This document shows, one piece after another, positions 40,880 through 49,975 of a DNA stretch of 64,000 nt. The notes under the pieces were generated by a model that searched no databases, was not told where the DNA came from, and worked only from the letters and a program-made list of their open reading frames with translations. Source of the stretch: Candidatus Pacearchaeota archaeon (GTDB taxonomy: Archaea; Nanobdellota; Nanobdellia; UBA10117; JAFCGI01); contig JAFCGI010000001.1 in assembly GCA_017608235.1 (NCBI GenBank), positions 1,423 to 65,422 on the forward strand. Direction: 5' to 3'. Both the position numbers and the translations under genes were made by a program. Numbering within the stretch: the stretch's first letter is position 1; each line of letters opens with the position of its first letter.

Positions 40880-43800
40880 GTGATGGCTGATCTTATTTGT
40901 AGTCCTAAGATAAGGAAGTATTTTGATTCTATTACTAAGGAAGTAAATAATCTTTATGAGGTTGCTAGAAAAGCCAGGCTTAAAGGCTATGATCCTGAAC
41001 CAGAGCCGGAAGTGTTCTTAGCAGAGAATGTTGCAGAAAGGGTTGTAGGATTAATAGCGACTGCAGCACCACAGATTCGGAATAAAGGAGTTGCAGAGAG
41101 AATAACTGAATTGGAGAATGAATATGGAGTAGGAGATTGGAGGATTGCACTTAGAATAGCAGAGGAGGTTGCCTCTGAAAAATTTTGTAAGTTTAAAGAT
41201 CTTACAGAGCAGATATCAATAGGATCTAAATTAGGATTAGCATATGTTACTAATGGGGTTGTTTCGTCTCCTTTGGAAGGAATGGCATCATTTCAACTTA
41301 AAAAAAGAAAAGATGGTAAAGATTATTTAGCGGTTTATTATGCAGGACCTATAAGAAGTGCAGGAGGTACTGCTGCAGCTGTTTCTGTATTAATAGCAGA
41401 TTATGTTAGAAGAAAATTAGGAGTTAGTGATTATGATATTACAGATGATGAGGTTAAAAGATATCAGGTAGAGATAGATGATTATGTTTCTAAAATAGCT
41501 CATAGACAGTATGTTCCAACACCAGAAGAAATTGAATTATTAGTAAGAGGTATAAAAATAGAGATTAGTGGAGATCCAACAGAGAAATATGAGGTTTCTC
41601 GTTTTAAAAGATTGGATAGAGTAGAGACGTCAATGATTAGGGGAGGAATGTGTTTGGTTTTAACTGAAGGTCCATCTTTAAAGTGTTTTAAGTTATGGAA
41701 ACAATTACAAAATTGGAAGGATGATTTTGGTTTAGATGATTGGGTTTGGCTTAAAGATTTTATTAAGCTTAGGGAGAGGATGCATTCTTCAGAACAGGAA
41801 AATAAAAAAGATGATAAAGAAAAAGAAGAAATAAAAATAAAAACAAATGATAGTTATTTAAAAGATATTGTCGCTGGCAGGCCTGTTTTTGGATATCCGA
41901 TGGCTTCAGGCGCATTTAGACTTAGATATGGCAGGACAAGAATTTCTGGGTATGGTTCGATGTGTTTGCAACCTGCTACCATGAGAGTTCTAAAGAATTA
42001 TTTGGCTACAGGCAGTCAATTGAAATTAGAAAGACCTGGTAAGGCTACTGCATTATCTGTTTGTGATAGTATTGATGGACCTGTTGTAAAATTGGAAGAT
42101 GGATCTGTTGTTAGGATAAATTCTGAAGAGGATTTTGATAAACTTGATCAAGGAATAGATGAGATATTATATTTAGGAGATATTTTGATAAGTTATGGAG
42201 AGTTTGCAGAAAATGGAGAAAGATTGCCTCCAGCAGGATATTGTGAAGAGTGGTGGAAACTTGAATTAGAAAAGCATACTAAAGATGTTCCAGATAAAGT
42301 TGATTTTAAGAAAGCTGTAGAGTTATCTAAAAAATATAAAATTCCATTGCATCCAGATTTTATTTATTTTTGGAAGGAGATTTCTAAAGAACAGTTTAGT
42401 TTGTTATTTGGCTGGCTTAAGAAAGCAGATTTTAAAAATAAAGAAGCTATACTTTCAATAGATTTTGATGCAAAGCGAGCATTAGAACTTATTGCTTGTC
42501 CACATTCTGTTAGAGATGATATAATAATTATTGATCAAGTTAATACACTGGCATTATTTTATCAATTAGGTTTAATAGATATAGATTATAAAAAATTAGA
42601 TGCTAATTTTACATATAGTGAATCTAGTTTAGATATTGTAAATAAATTATCTCCTATAGAGATAAGAGATAAGTCTGGAACTTTTATTGGATCAAGAATG
42701 GGTCGTCCTGAGAAAGCTAAGTTAAGAAAGCTTGCTGGAAGTCCACATGGTTTTTTTCCGGTTGGGAAACAAGGTGGAAGATTAAGATGTTTTCAGAGTG
42801 CATTAGAAGAAGGATATATTAAGGCAGAGTTTCCAATTTTCTTTTGTGATAATTGTAATAAAGAAACTGTTTTTTCTGTGTGTGAAACTTGCGATTTTAA
42901 GACAGAACAATTGAAAATTTGTTCTGTATGTAAGAAGAAAACAAGAGAAGATGAATGTCATGCTAAAGAAACAGTTCCATATCAAACTAAGAAAATAGAT
43001 ATTAAACATTATCTTTCTGCAGTTAGATCTAAAATTAAATTAGAACATGTACCCTCACTCATAAAAGGAGTTAGAGGAACATGGAATAAAGACCATACTT
43101 TAGAACATTTATCTAAAGCATTATTGAGAGCGAAACATAAATTGTTTGTTAATAAAGATGGAACTGTAAGATATGATATGACAGAGATGGGTATAACCCA
43201 TTTTACTCCAGAAGAAGTTGGAACTTCAATTAAGAAATTGAAAGAGCTTGGTTATGATAAAGACATAAATGGTAAAGATATAGTAAAAGAAGATCAAATT
43301 ATAGAACTTAAACCCCAAGACATGGTATTGCCTGCTTGTCCTGAATCTGAAGAAGAAGGAGCAGAAGAGATTTTATATAGAATAGCAAATTTTGTGGATG
43401 ATCTCTTAGTAAATCTTTATGGTTGTGAACCTTATTATGATCTAAAATCTAAAGAAGATTTAAGAGGGCAATTAGTTGTGGGACTAGCGCCCCATACTTC
43501 TGCAGGTATTGTTGGAAGGATTGTGGGTTTTTCAAAGACGCAAGGTTGTTTTGCACAACCATATATGCATGATGCTATGAGAAGAGATTTAGATGGTGAT
43601 GAGACTGCAGTTATGTTAGCATTAGATTTGTTTTTGAATTTTTCTAAGAGATTTTTGCCAAGTAGCAGGGGAGCAACGCAGGATGCACCATTAGTATTAA
43701 CAGTGTTATTGAATCCTGGAGAGATTGATGATGAGGTTTATGATGTTGATATTGTGTTTAAATATCCATTAGAATTATATGAAGCTGCTTTAGAAGCAAA

Positions 43801-44338
43801 GTTTCCACATGAGATTAAAATAGAACAAATCAAACATAGGCTTGGTAAACCAGAACAGTATGAGGGATTTGGATTTACTCATTCTGTGAGTAATATGAAT
43901 ATTGGACCAAGACTATCTGCATATAAAACAATTCCAGCGATGTTAGATAAGGTTGAGGGTCAGATAGAATTAGCTAGGAAGATTAGAGCATCTGATTTAG
44001 AAAAAGTTGCAACTTTAGTTATAGAAAGACATTTTTTAAGAGATATTAAAGGAAATCTAAGAAAGTTTACTATGCAAGGTTTTAGATGTGTGAGGTGTAA
44101 TGCTAAATATAGAAGACAACCTTTGTGTGGAGAGTGTACTGTTTGTGGAGGTAATATTGTATTTACTATTGCAGAAGGTACTGTAATTAAGTATTTAGAT
44201 GTTAGTTTAAAGCTAGCTAAGTATGGAAATGTAAATAGTTATTTAAAGCAGTGTCTTTCTTTACTAGAAAATAGAATAGAATCTGTGTTTGGTAAAGATA
44301 AAACAAAACAAATTGAGTTAGAGAGTTTCTTCAATTGA
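40880..44338 (+). CDS. polD2: DNA polymerase D large subunit DP2 (PolC)
   Basis: AGPIRSAGGTA, FRLRYGR, GSRMGRPEKA, GLAPHTSAG, RRDLDGDE, C-terminal Zn finger and PIP box QIELESFF; no intein. Confidence 0.96.
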   Translation: MMADLICSPKIRKYFDSITKEVNNLYEVARKARLKGYDPEPEPEVFLAENVAERVVGLIATAAPQIRNKGVAERITELENEYGVGDWRIALRIAEEVASEKFCKFKDLTEQISIGSKLGLAYVTNGVVSSPLEGMASFQLKKRKDGKDYLAVYYAGPIRSAGGTAAAVSVLIADYVRRKLGVSDYDITDDEVKRYQVEIDDYVSKIAHRQYVPTPEEIELLVRGIKIEISGDPTEKYEVSRFKRLDRVETSMIRGGMCLVLTEGPSLKCFKLWKQLQNWKDDFGLDDWVWLKDFIKLRERMHSSEQENKKDDKEKEEIKIKTNDSYLKDIVAGRPVFGYPMASGAFRLRYGRTRISGYGSMCLQPATMRVLKNYLATGSQLKLERPGKATALSVCDSIDGPVVKLEDGSVVRINSEEDFDKLDQGIDEILYLGDILISYGEFAENGERLPPAGYCEEWWKLELEKHTKDVPDKVDFKKAVELSKKYKIPLHPDFIYFWKEISKEQFSLLFGWLKKADFKNKEAILSIDFDAKRALELIACPHSVRDDIIIIDQVNTLALFYQLGLIDIDYKKLDANFTYSESSLDIVNKLSPIEIRDKSGTFIGSRMGRPEKAKLRKLAGSPHGFFPVGKQGGRLRCFQSALEEGYIKAEFPIFFCDNCNKETVFSVCETCDFKTEQLKICSVCKKKTREDECHAKETVPYQTKKIDIKHYLSAVRSKIKLEHVPSLIKGVRGTWNKDHTLEHLSKALLRAKHKLFVNKDGTVRYDMTEMGITHFTPEEVGTSIKKLKELGYDKDINGKDIVKEDQIIELKPQDMVLPACPESEEEGAEEILYRIANFVDDLLVNLYGCEPYYDLKSKEDLRGQLVVGLAPHTSAGIVGRIVGFSKTQGCFAQPYMHDAMRRDLDGDETAVMLALDLFLNFSKRFLPSSRGATQDAPLVLTVLLNPGEIDDEVYDVDIVFKYPLELYEAALEAKFPHEIKIEQIKHRLGKPEQYEGFGFTHSVSNMNIGPRLSAYKTIPAMLDKVEGQIELARKIRASDLEKVATLVIERHFLRDIKGNLRKFTMQGFRCVRCNAKYRRQPLCGECTVCGGNIVFTIAEGTVIKYLDVSLKLAKYGNVNSYLKQCLSLLENRIESVFGKDKTKQIELESFFN

Positions 44339-44374
44339 ACCTTTTAGAAAAGGTATTTATAAAAAAATTGAAGA

Positions 44375-44483
44375 AAACAACCTTCTTTAGGAAAGAAGCT
44401 TGACCAAGAAAGGAGAAGTTATGAAAATGAAACAACCTTCTTTAGGAAAGAAGCTTGACCAAGAAAGGAGAAGTTATGAAAAT
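44375..44483 (+). repeat. Exact 54-bp tandem duplication (period 55) containing a hairpin, RBS and start codon
   Basis: AAACAACCTTCTTTAGGAAAGAAGCTTGACCAAGAAAGGAGAAGTTATGAAAAT at 44375-44428 and 44430-44483. Confidence 0.92.
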
Positions 44484-45183
44484 AAGATGCCCTGATGGGT
44501 CTTTAAAAACTACAGAATGGTGTGCTAATTGTAATAAGTGTTTGCCTAAGCCTATTAAAGATGCTTTACTTCCTGTAGAAAGAAAAAGAAGTAATTCTGA
44601 GATTCCTAGATTTGGAGTTACTAGAGTTACTAATAAATGTTTAAGATCTACATATTTTGATTTAACTGAAGAGGTTGTGCATGATCTTGAAAAGTTATGG
44701 GTTTTTTCTAGAGGGCATGCATTCCATGAACATTTTAAGTTTGATGAAAAAGAACGGTTTATTAAAAAAAATTTTGGTGATTTTGAAGTAATTGGATTTA
44801 TTGATGCAGTTCATGATAGTGTAATTTATGAGTTAAAGACAACAAATAATATTCCTGAAGCTCCACAAGAACATCATAAGTTGCAAGCTCAGGCTTATTA
44901 TTCTATGATGTCTGATGAGGAAAAAGCAAAAATCAAAAAGATCTTGATAGTTTATTTGAGCTTGCAGAAGATTAAAGTTTTTGAGGTTCCTAAAAGGGAT
45001 ATTACAGAGTTTTTAGAAAAGCAAGGTAGAATTTTAGTTACTGCGCTTAAGGAGAAGATACCACCAAATAAAACTCAGAGCTGGCTTTGTAATTATTGTT
45101 CACATAAGGATAGGTGTAATGGCCATTCAGATGATTTATTTGTTTCTGATGCAAAGAGGACTAAGCAAGCTAGTTTAATTTAG
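44476..45183 (+). CDS. cas4: Stand-alone Cas4-like PD-(D/E)XK nuclease with Fe-S cysteines
   Basis: KCLR..YF, RGHAFHE, GFIDAV..IYELKT, LQAQAY, WLCNYCSHKDRC; extra N-terminal C-x10-CxxCxxC; ATG 44476 follows AGGAG. Confidence 0.78.
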   Translation: MKIRCPDGSLKTTEWCANCNKCLPKPIKDALLPVERKRSNSEIPRFGVTRVTNKCLRSTYFDLTEEVVHDLEKLWVFSRGHAFHEHFKFDEKERFIKKNFGDFEVIGFIDAVHDSVIYELKTTNNIPEAPQEHHKLQAQAYYSMMSDEEKAKIKKILIVYLSLQKIKVFEVPKRDITEFLEKQGRILVTALKEKIPPNKTQSWLCNYCSHKDRCNGHSDDLFVSDAKRTKQASLI

Positions 45184-45240
45184 AATTGTATCTTCTAGCA
45201 AAATAAAGCTTTTAATTTCAATTATTAATTGGGTTTTAAA

Positions 45241-46359
45241 ATGGGATCTATTCATGGTAGTCTGAAATTAATTTATGGAAGTTCTGGAGAATGGAGAGCT
45301 AAAAATGTTAAAAAAGCAATATTAGATTTATGTAATAATAAAGACAAAATATGGGTTCCTGAAGATGATTATGCAGTGGTTAATAACTTAGAAAATTTAA
45401 TTGAGGCAATTACCAATAAAGGTGATGAAGGACTTCCACTTATTGAAGCGAAAAGAATTGATTTTGGTGATGGAGAATTTAAAGTAGCTATTGACAATAG
45501 AATATCATTGAGAGATTCTGATGTCTTTTATTTTTTAGATATACATACTAATGATTATTCAAGATTAAGTAAAAGAGTTCTTGAGAGTCAAATAGGGCTG
45601 GATACTATTAGTGGGGCTAAAGCAAGTAGAGTTACTTATGTTGTGCCATTATTTCCATATGCCAGGCAGGAGAGAAGAACAGGACATGAGCCTCAATCTG
45701 CTAGAGCAATGGTTCGTATGTATGAAACTCTTGGAGCAGATTCTATTATGACTATGGATTTACATGCCCCAACAATTACTGGATTTGGTACTTGTATGGA
45801 TTTTGAACATCTTAAGATTAGGGAGTTATTTATTGATTATATAAAGAAAAATATTGGTGAAGGTGATGATATTGTTCTTTGTGCACCAGATGCAGGAGCT
45901 GGAAAAATTACTGGTTACTATGTAAGAAATCTTAATTGTGAATTGATAACTGGATTTAAGAGAAGGAATCTAAGTTCTATAGATGAAATAGATATTTTTG
46001 ATTTACCAAATATTGATTGTAGTGGTAAAAAAGCAATTATAATTGATGATTTGATAAGTACTGGAGGTACTATGCTTAAAGCAGCAAAAAAATTATATAT
46101 GGAGCGGGGAGCAGAACAAGTATTTGCATTTGCTACACATCCAGTAATGCCTGGAAATGCATTTAATAATTTTTCAAATGCATACTCAGAAGGTTATTTT
46201 CATGGACTGGTTGTTGGAGATACAGTATATAGAGATCCTGTAGGATTAAAATATAAATGGTTTACAACAATAGACACATCAAAACGTTTTGCTCAAGCTA
46301 TTATTCAGAAACATATTGGTGGATCTGTAGAATTACTGCATTATAAAGATAGAACTTAA
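45241..46359 (+). CDS. prs: Ribose-phosphate pyrophosphokinase (divergent)
   Basis: FGDGE, PLFPYARQER, MDLHAP, APDAGA, IIDDLISTGGT, ATHPV. Confidence 0.9.
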   Translation: MGSIHGSLKLIYGSSGEWRAKNVKKAILDLCNNKDKIWVPEDDYAVVNNLENLIEAITNKGDEGLPLIEAKRIDFGDGEFKVAIDNRISLRDSDVFYFLDIHTNDYSRLSKRVLESQIGLDTISGAKASRVTYVVPLFPYARQERRTGHEPQSARAMVRMYETLGADSIMTMDLHAPTITGFGTCMDFEHLKIRELFIDYIKKNIGEGDDIVLCAPDAGAGKITGYYVRNLNCELITGFKRRNLSSIDEIDIFDLPNIDCSGKKAIIIDDLISTGGTMLKAAKKLYMERGAEQVFAFATHPVMPGNAFNNFSNAYSEGYFHGLVVGDTVYRDPVGLKYKWFTTIDTSKRFAQAIIQKHIGGSVELLHYKDRT

Positions 46360-47234
46360 GCAACAATAATTGCACCTGCTAACATTAGTATGATTGCAAT
46401 TATTTTTTGAAATATAATATTTTTGGAAATTTCTTCTTCAAGTATTTTCGGATAGTATATACTTAAGACAGTTGAAAATAATAATACAAAGATTATTTGT
46501 GTAGTGATAAGTGCTTGTACTAGCGTAACAAAACCTATAGATATGGCAACAGTCATAATAAATAGTGCAGTTATATTTATGAGCTCATTTGAGGATATAA
46601 TTGTTAATATTTCTTTTTGTTTTGTTGCTAGTTTTTTAAGGTCTGGTAAGTAAATAAAAATAACTGGAAGCAATATGATTATTGCACCAAATCTTGCATA
46701 AGAAAAAGCACTCCAATAATCCATAAAATTTAGTAAATATTTAATAGATGTAGATGATAATGCTAAGAAAAGCGCTGCAAATATCATTAAGAAAAATGAT
46801 TTGTTGAATTTTATATCAAAACTTCTAATTGAGAGTAAAATAGCTCCAGCTACCAATAAAAATATTCCAATATATTTTAAGAGAGTAAAAGATTCGTTTA
46901 GAAATATAGCCGCAATTATTAGCACAAAAATAGGTGCTAAATGAAATAAGGGACCAACACGAGATACTTCTTCAAGTTGTATTGCTTTGAAATAAAGTAT
47001 GCTCATGATTACAAAGGAAGCACCAGATATTATTGCAATAAATAAATTAAATATAGATATACTAGCTAATCCTTTTACTAGTGAGATCACAAAACTTGCA
47101 GCTATGCCTATAAATCCAAATATTATTACTGGAATTGCTGGTTGTTTTATCCATTTAGACATATATATTTTGTCTATGATTTGCACTATAGCAAACATTG
47201 TTGTTGCTAGTAATGTTAATATTAGCCATAACAT
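46356..47234 (-). CDS. EamA/DMT family transporter
   Basis: Ten TM helices, YFKAI..EEVSRV.PL, FLNE. Confidence 0.85.
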   Translation of the reverse strand: MLWLILTLLATTMFAIVQIIDKIYMSKWIKQPAIPVIIFGFIGIAASFVISLVKGLASISIFNLFIAIISGASFVIMSILYFKAIQLEEVSRVGPLFHLAPIFVLIIAAIFLNESFTLLKYIGIFLLVAGAILLSIRSFDIKFNKSFFLMIFAALFLALSSTSIKYLLNFMDYWSAFSYARFGAIIILLPVIFIYLPDLKKLATKQKEILTIISSNELINITALFIMTVAISIGFVTLVQALITTQIIFVLLFSTVLSIYYPKILEEEISKNIIFQKIIAIILMLAGAIIVA

Positions 47235-47497
47235 TTTATTAAATGAATTTTAATTATGTTAATAAAGATTTAGTTTAGTATAGATAATAAAAACTATACT
47301 TAATATGAGTGAGCTTGTTAATAACAAACACACTACACAAGTTTAGTTTAGTCTCAATTATTTGATAAGAAAAAAAGAGATGATTCAGAGATAATAAAAA
47401 ATTACTGGAACAATTAAACAGGATTGCAAATTCTCTATAATTAATAAAGAATAGTATATAGGATATGCATGATTTTGTAATTTTGTTAAATGAATGT

Positions 47498-48748
47498 TTA
47501 CTTAGATATCAGCCATTTCCATAAAGGTATATAGTTTATCCCATCCTCATATTTTTCAAGATCTTTTGTTATGATTGTCAATTTAGCAGTTTTATATTTC
47601 TGCTGAAATTCTAATAGACTTTCTATTTCTCTCTTATGTATTTTGTTAGTATAAGTAACATTTATTGCAGTTAAATGATTATCTTTCTTCTTAACTACAA
47701 AATCTACTTCTTTTTTTCCTCTCCAGAAATAAACATCTTCTCCATGTCTTTTGAGTTCTATTAAAACAGCATTTTCTGCGAGCTGTCCAAGATCATCTGA
47801 AAATTTAAATGAGATAGCATTTCTTAAGCCAGTATCTATAGAATAGCATTTTATATCTTTTTTAAGCTGAGTTTTAACTTTCCATGAAAAATAATTTATT
47901 TTGAACAAGAGAAAAACTTCTTCAAAATAAGGAATATATTTTTTAACAGTTTCATAATGCAGGTTTAATGCTCTTGCAATACTATTGTATGAAAAAGGTG
48001 AGGATATATTTGTCATTAAGTAATATCCTATCTGCTTAACAGTTTCTGAATCTGAATTAAATCTAGAAGTTATATCTCGTGAAAGAATATCATTATATAA
48101 CTCAACTAAAATAGATTTAGAAGTTAGTGAATCTGCATTAATGGTTTCAGGAAATCCTCCAGATTTAAGATAAATTTCAAGAAGATGAATAATTCTTTCT
48201 CGTTTTGAAATCTGTTTAGGATTAATGATTTTATGATATTTTAAAAACTCTTTGAATGAAAAAGGAGTAACAATCGTTGTGAGATGTCTGCCAGTTAGCG
48301 TTTTTCCTATGTCTCTTGAAATTAAAGAAGCAGAAGAACCAGAAACAAATATTTGTTTAAATATATTCCTATCATAAAAAGTTCTTATTATTTTTTCCCA
48401 GTTTTTAATATTTTGAATTTCATCAAGAAAAACATAAGAAATATCAGGATTAATTTGTAGAGATATTTTTATTGCTTCCTCAAGATCAAGCAATTCAGGA
48501 TCATCAAAGTTAAGATATAATATATCTTTGGGGTTAATGTTTTTTTCAATCAAGCTTGAAATTATTTGATATATTAAAACAGTCTTCCCAGAACGTCTAA
48601 CTCCAATTACATCTTTAATATGTTTAGTCTTAATACTATCTATTAATCCAGATAAATAAATTCGATCAATGCCAGTAACTTTTTTGAGGCTACCTGGTGT
48701 TTCCCACCAAACATTCCATTTTTTAATTGCTTTATTCATAATATTCAA
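47498..48748 (-). CDS. AAA+ ATPase (AAA_14/DUF4143 type) with C-terminal PD-(D/E)XK-like domain
   Basis: GVRRSGKT, FLDEIQ, SGSS, GGFPE, YSIDTG, EVDFV. Confidence 0.88.
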   Translation of the reverse strand: MNIMNKAIKKWNVWWETPGSLKKVTGIDRIYLSGLIDSIKTKHIKDVIGVRRSGKTVLIYQIISSLIEKNINPKDILYLNFDDPELLDLEEAIKISLQINPDISYVFLDEIQNIKNWEKIIRTFYDRNIFKQIFVSGSSASLISRDIGKTLTGRHLTTIVTPFSFKEFLKYHKIINPKQISKRERIIHLLEIYLKSGGFPETINADSLTSKSILVELYNDILSRDITSRFNSDSETVKQIGYYLMTNISSPFSYNSIARALNLHYETVKKYIPYFEEVFLLFKINYFSWKVKTQLKKDIKCYSIDTGLRNAISFKFSDDLGQLAENAVLIELKRHGEDVYFWRGKKEVDFVVKKKDNHLTAINVTYTNKIHKREIESLLEFQQKYKTAKLTIITKDLEKYEDGINYIPLWKWLISK

Positions 48749-48826
48749 AGTTATTCTTTATTTATAAGAGTTTCTGTTATAGTGTAAGATAAATATACTT
48801 TTATTATCACACATATGTAATATTAT

Positions 48827-48990
48827 TTAAAAATAATAAAAAACAACTACAAAAATTAATGATCCATTGCATGAATTCTTCGTGTTCCTGTTAAAAGATC
48901 TAGAAGTCAATAGCTGAGGTAGTAATTAAGACTAGGAATCCTATAGTGCTAGAGAAATAGAATGTGAAATCTGCTAAAAGTAATAATAAT
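48827..48990 (-). pseudogene. Degenerate duplicate of the 3' end of the TctA-family gene
   Basis: Aligns to 49976-~50140 (AACAACTACAA.AATTAATGATCC.ATTGCATGAATTCT..GTGTTCCTGTTA...GAGAAATAGAATGT); ends VVVFYYF* versus VVVFYYL*, with indels. Confidence 0.85.
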
Positions 48991-49075
48991 TAACATATGT
49001 TAAAAATATTTAACGATCAAAATGTTTATAAATAATGTTAATTAAAATTAACATATGTTAAAAATATTTAACGAT
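48988..49075. repeat. 30-bp direct repeat with internal palindrome TTAACATATGTTAA; likely TA operator
   Basis: AATTAACATATGTTAAAAATATTTAACGAT at 48988-49017 and 49046-49075, flanking a TTTATAAA box; the second copy contains the ATG. Confidence 0.8.
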
Positions 49076-49564
49076 TTAGAACTCTTTTTTATTGATAGCT
49101 ACAGACGCATCAATATAAGAGAATATGCTAGATTAAAAAATATAAGCCCACCATCAGCATCTAAACTGCTCAAGATGTTTGAAAAAGAAGGCTTACTTGT
49201 TAGAGAAGAAGATAAGAGATATATTAATTATTTTGCCAACAAAAATAGCAGACAGTTTGTGGAGCTCTCAAAGATTTATTGGTTTTTACAGTTAAAGAAA
49301 ACTGGGCTATTAGATCATATTGAAAAAGAATTAGTTATTCAAGTATGTGTTTTGTTTGGTTCATTTTCTAAGGCAGAAATTAAAAAAGAGTCAGACATAG
49401 ATTTAGCAATATTTACACCATCCAAGAAAGCTATAAATTTAGAAAAATTTGAACGAAAATTAAAGCGAAAGATACAGTTGTTTGTATTTAAGAATAGAGA
49501 GGAAATTAGTAAAGAGTTGTTGAATAACATACTAAATGGATTTATTCTTTTAGGAGGGTGGTAG
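49055..49564 (+). CDS. HTH plus minimal nucleotidyltransferase (MNT) antitoxin
   Basis: IREYARLKNISPPSASKLL HTH; LFGSFSK...ESDIDL. Confidence 0.85.
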   Translation: MLKIFNDLELFFIDSYRRINIREYARLKNISPPSASKLLKMFEKEGLLVREEDKRYINYFANKNSRQFVELSKIYWFLQLKKTGLLDHIEKELVIQVCVLFGSFSKAEIKKESDIDLAIFTPSKKAINLEKFERKLKRKIQLFVFKNREEISKELLNNILNGFILLGGW

Positions 49565-49565
49565 T

Positions 49566-49973
49566 ATGGATTGGATAGAGTGTAATAAGAAACTATTAGT
49601 AAAAAATATTAAAGTTGACAAGAACCTTATTAGTTCACTAGTTAAATCTTCTTCTAAGAGACTTAGTTCTCAGGCACTATTAGAATTAGATGATCTTACT
49701 GCAACTTCTAAGATTAGCTTAACTTATGAAGCTTTAAGAGAGCTGCTAGAAGCTTTAGCTGTATCTAAAGGCTTTAAAATTTACAATCATGAATGTTATA
49801 CTGCTTTTTTAAAAGAAAAGTTAAGCAAGTTTGATTTAGCAAAGGAATTTGATACTTTTAGAAAAATAAGAAATGCAATTAACTACTATGGCAAGGATCT
49901 AACAACAGAGGAAGCAAAAGAAATTCTAACTAATATGTTACAGATTATAAATAAGATAAAGTCTTTATTATGA
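49566..49973 (+). CDS. HEPN-domain protein (cognate toxin candidate)
   Basis: YEALRELLEAL..KGFK..NHEC, RKIRNAINYYG; 1 nt after the MNT gene. Confidence 0.75.
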   Translation: MDWIECNKKLLVKNIKVDKNLISSLVKSSSKRLSSQALLELDDLTATSKISLTYEALRELLEALAVSKGFKIYNHECYTAFLKEKLSKFDLAKEFDTFRKIRNAINYYGKDLTTEEAKEILTNMLQIINKIKSLL

Positions 49974-49975
49974 TA

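Noticed and set aside
13743..44338. Inteins in PolB, TopA, LonB, Cdc6 or DP2
   Set aside because: Lengths are normal, motifs are contiguous, and there are no C...HN-C/S/T blocks.
44375..44483. Mini-CRISPR array next to the cas4-like gene
   Set aside because: The two units are identical end to end with no unique spacer; it is a tandem duplication.
47235..47497. Possible small gene or ncRNA in the 260-bp gap
   Set aside because: The ATG-initiated frame stops after 13 codons and no convincing structure is present; at most a decayed remnant.
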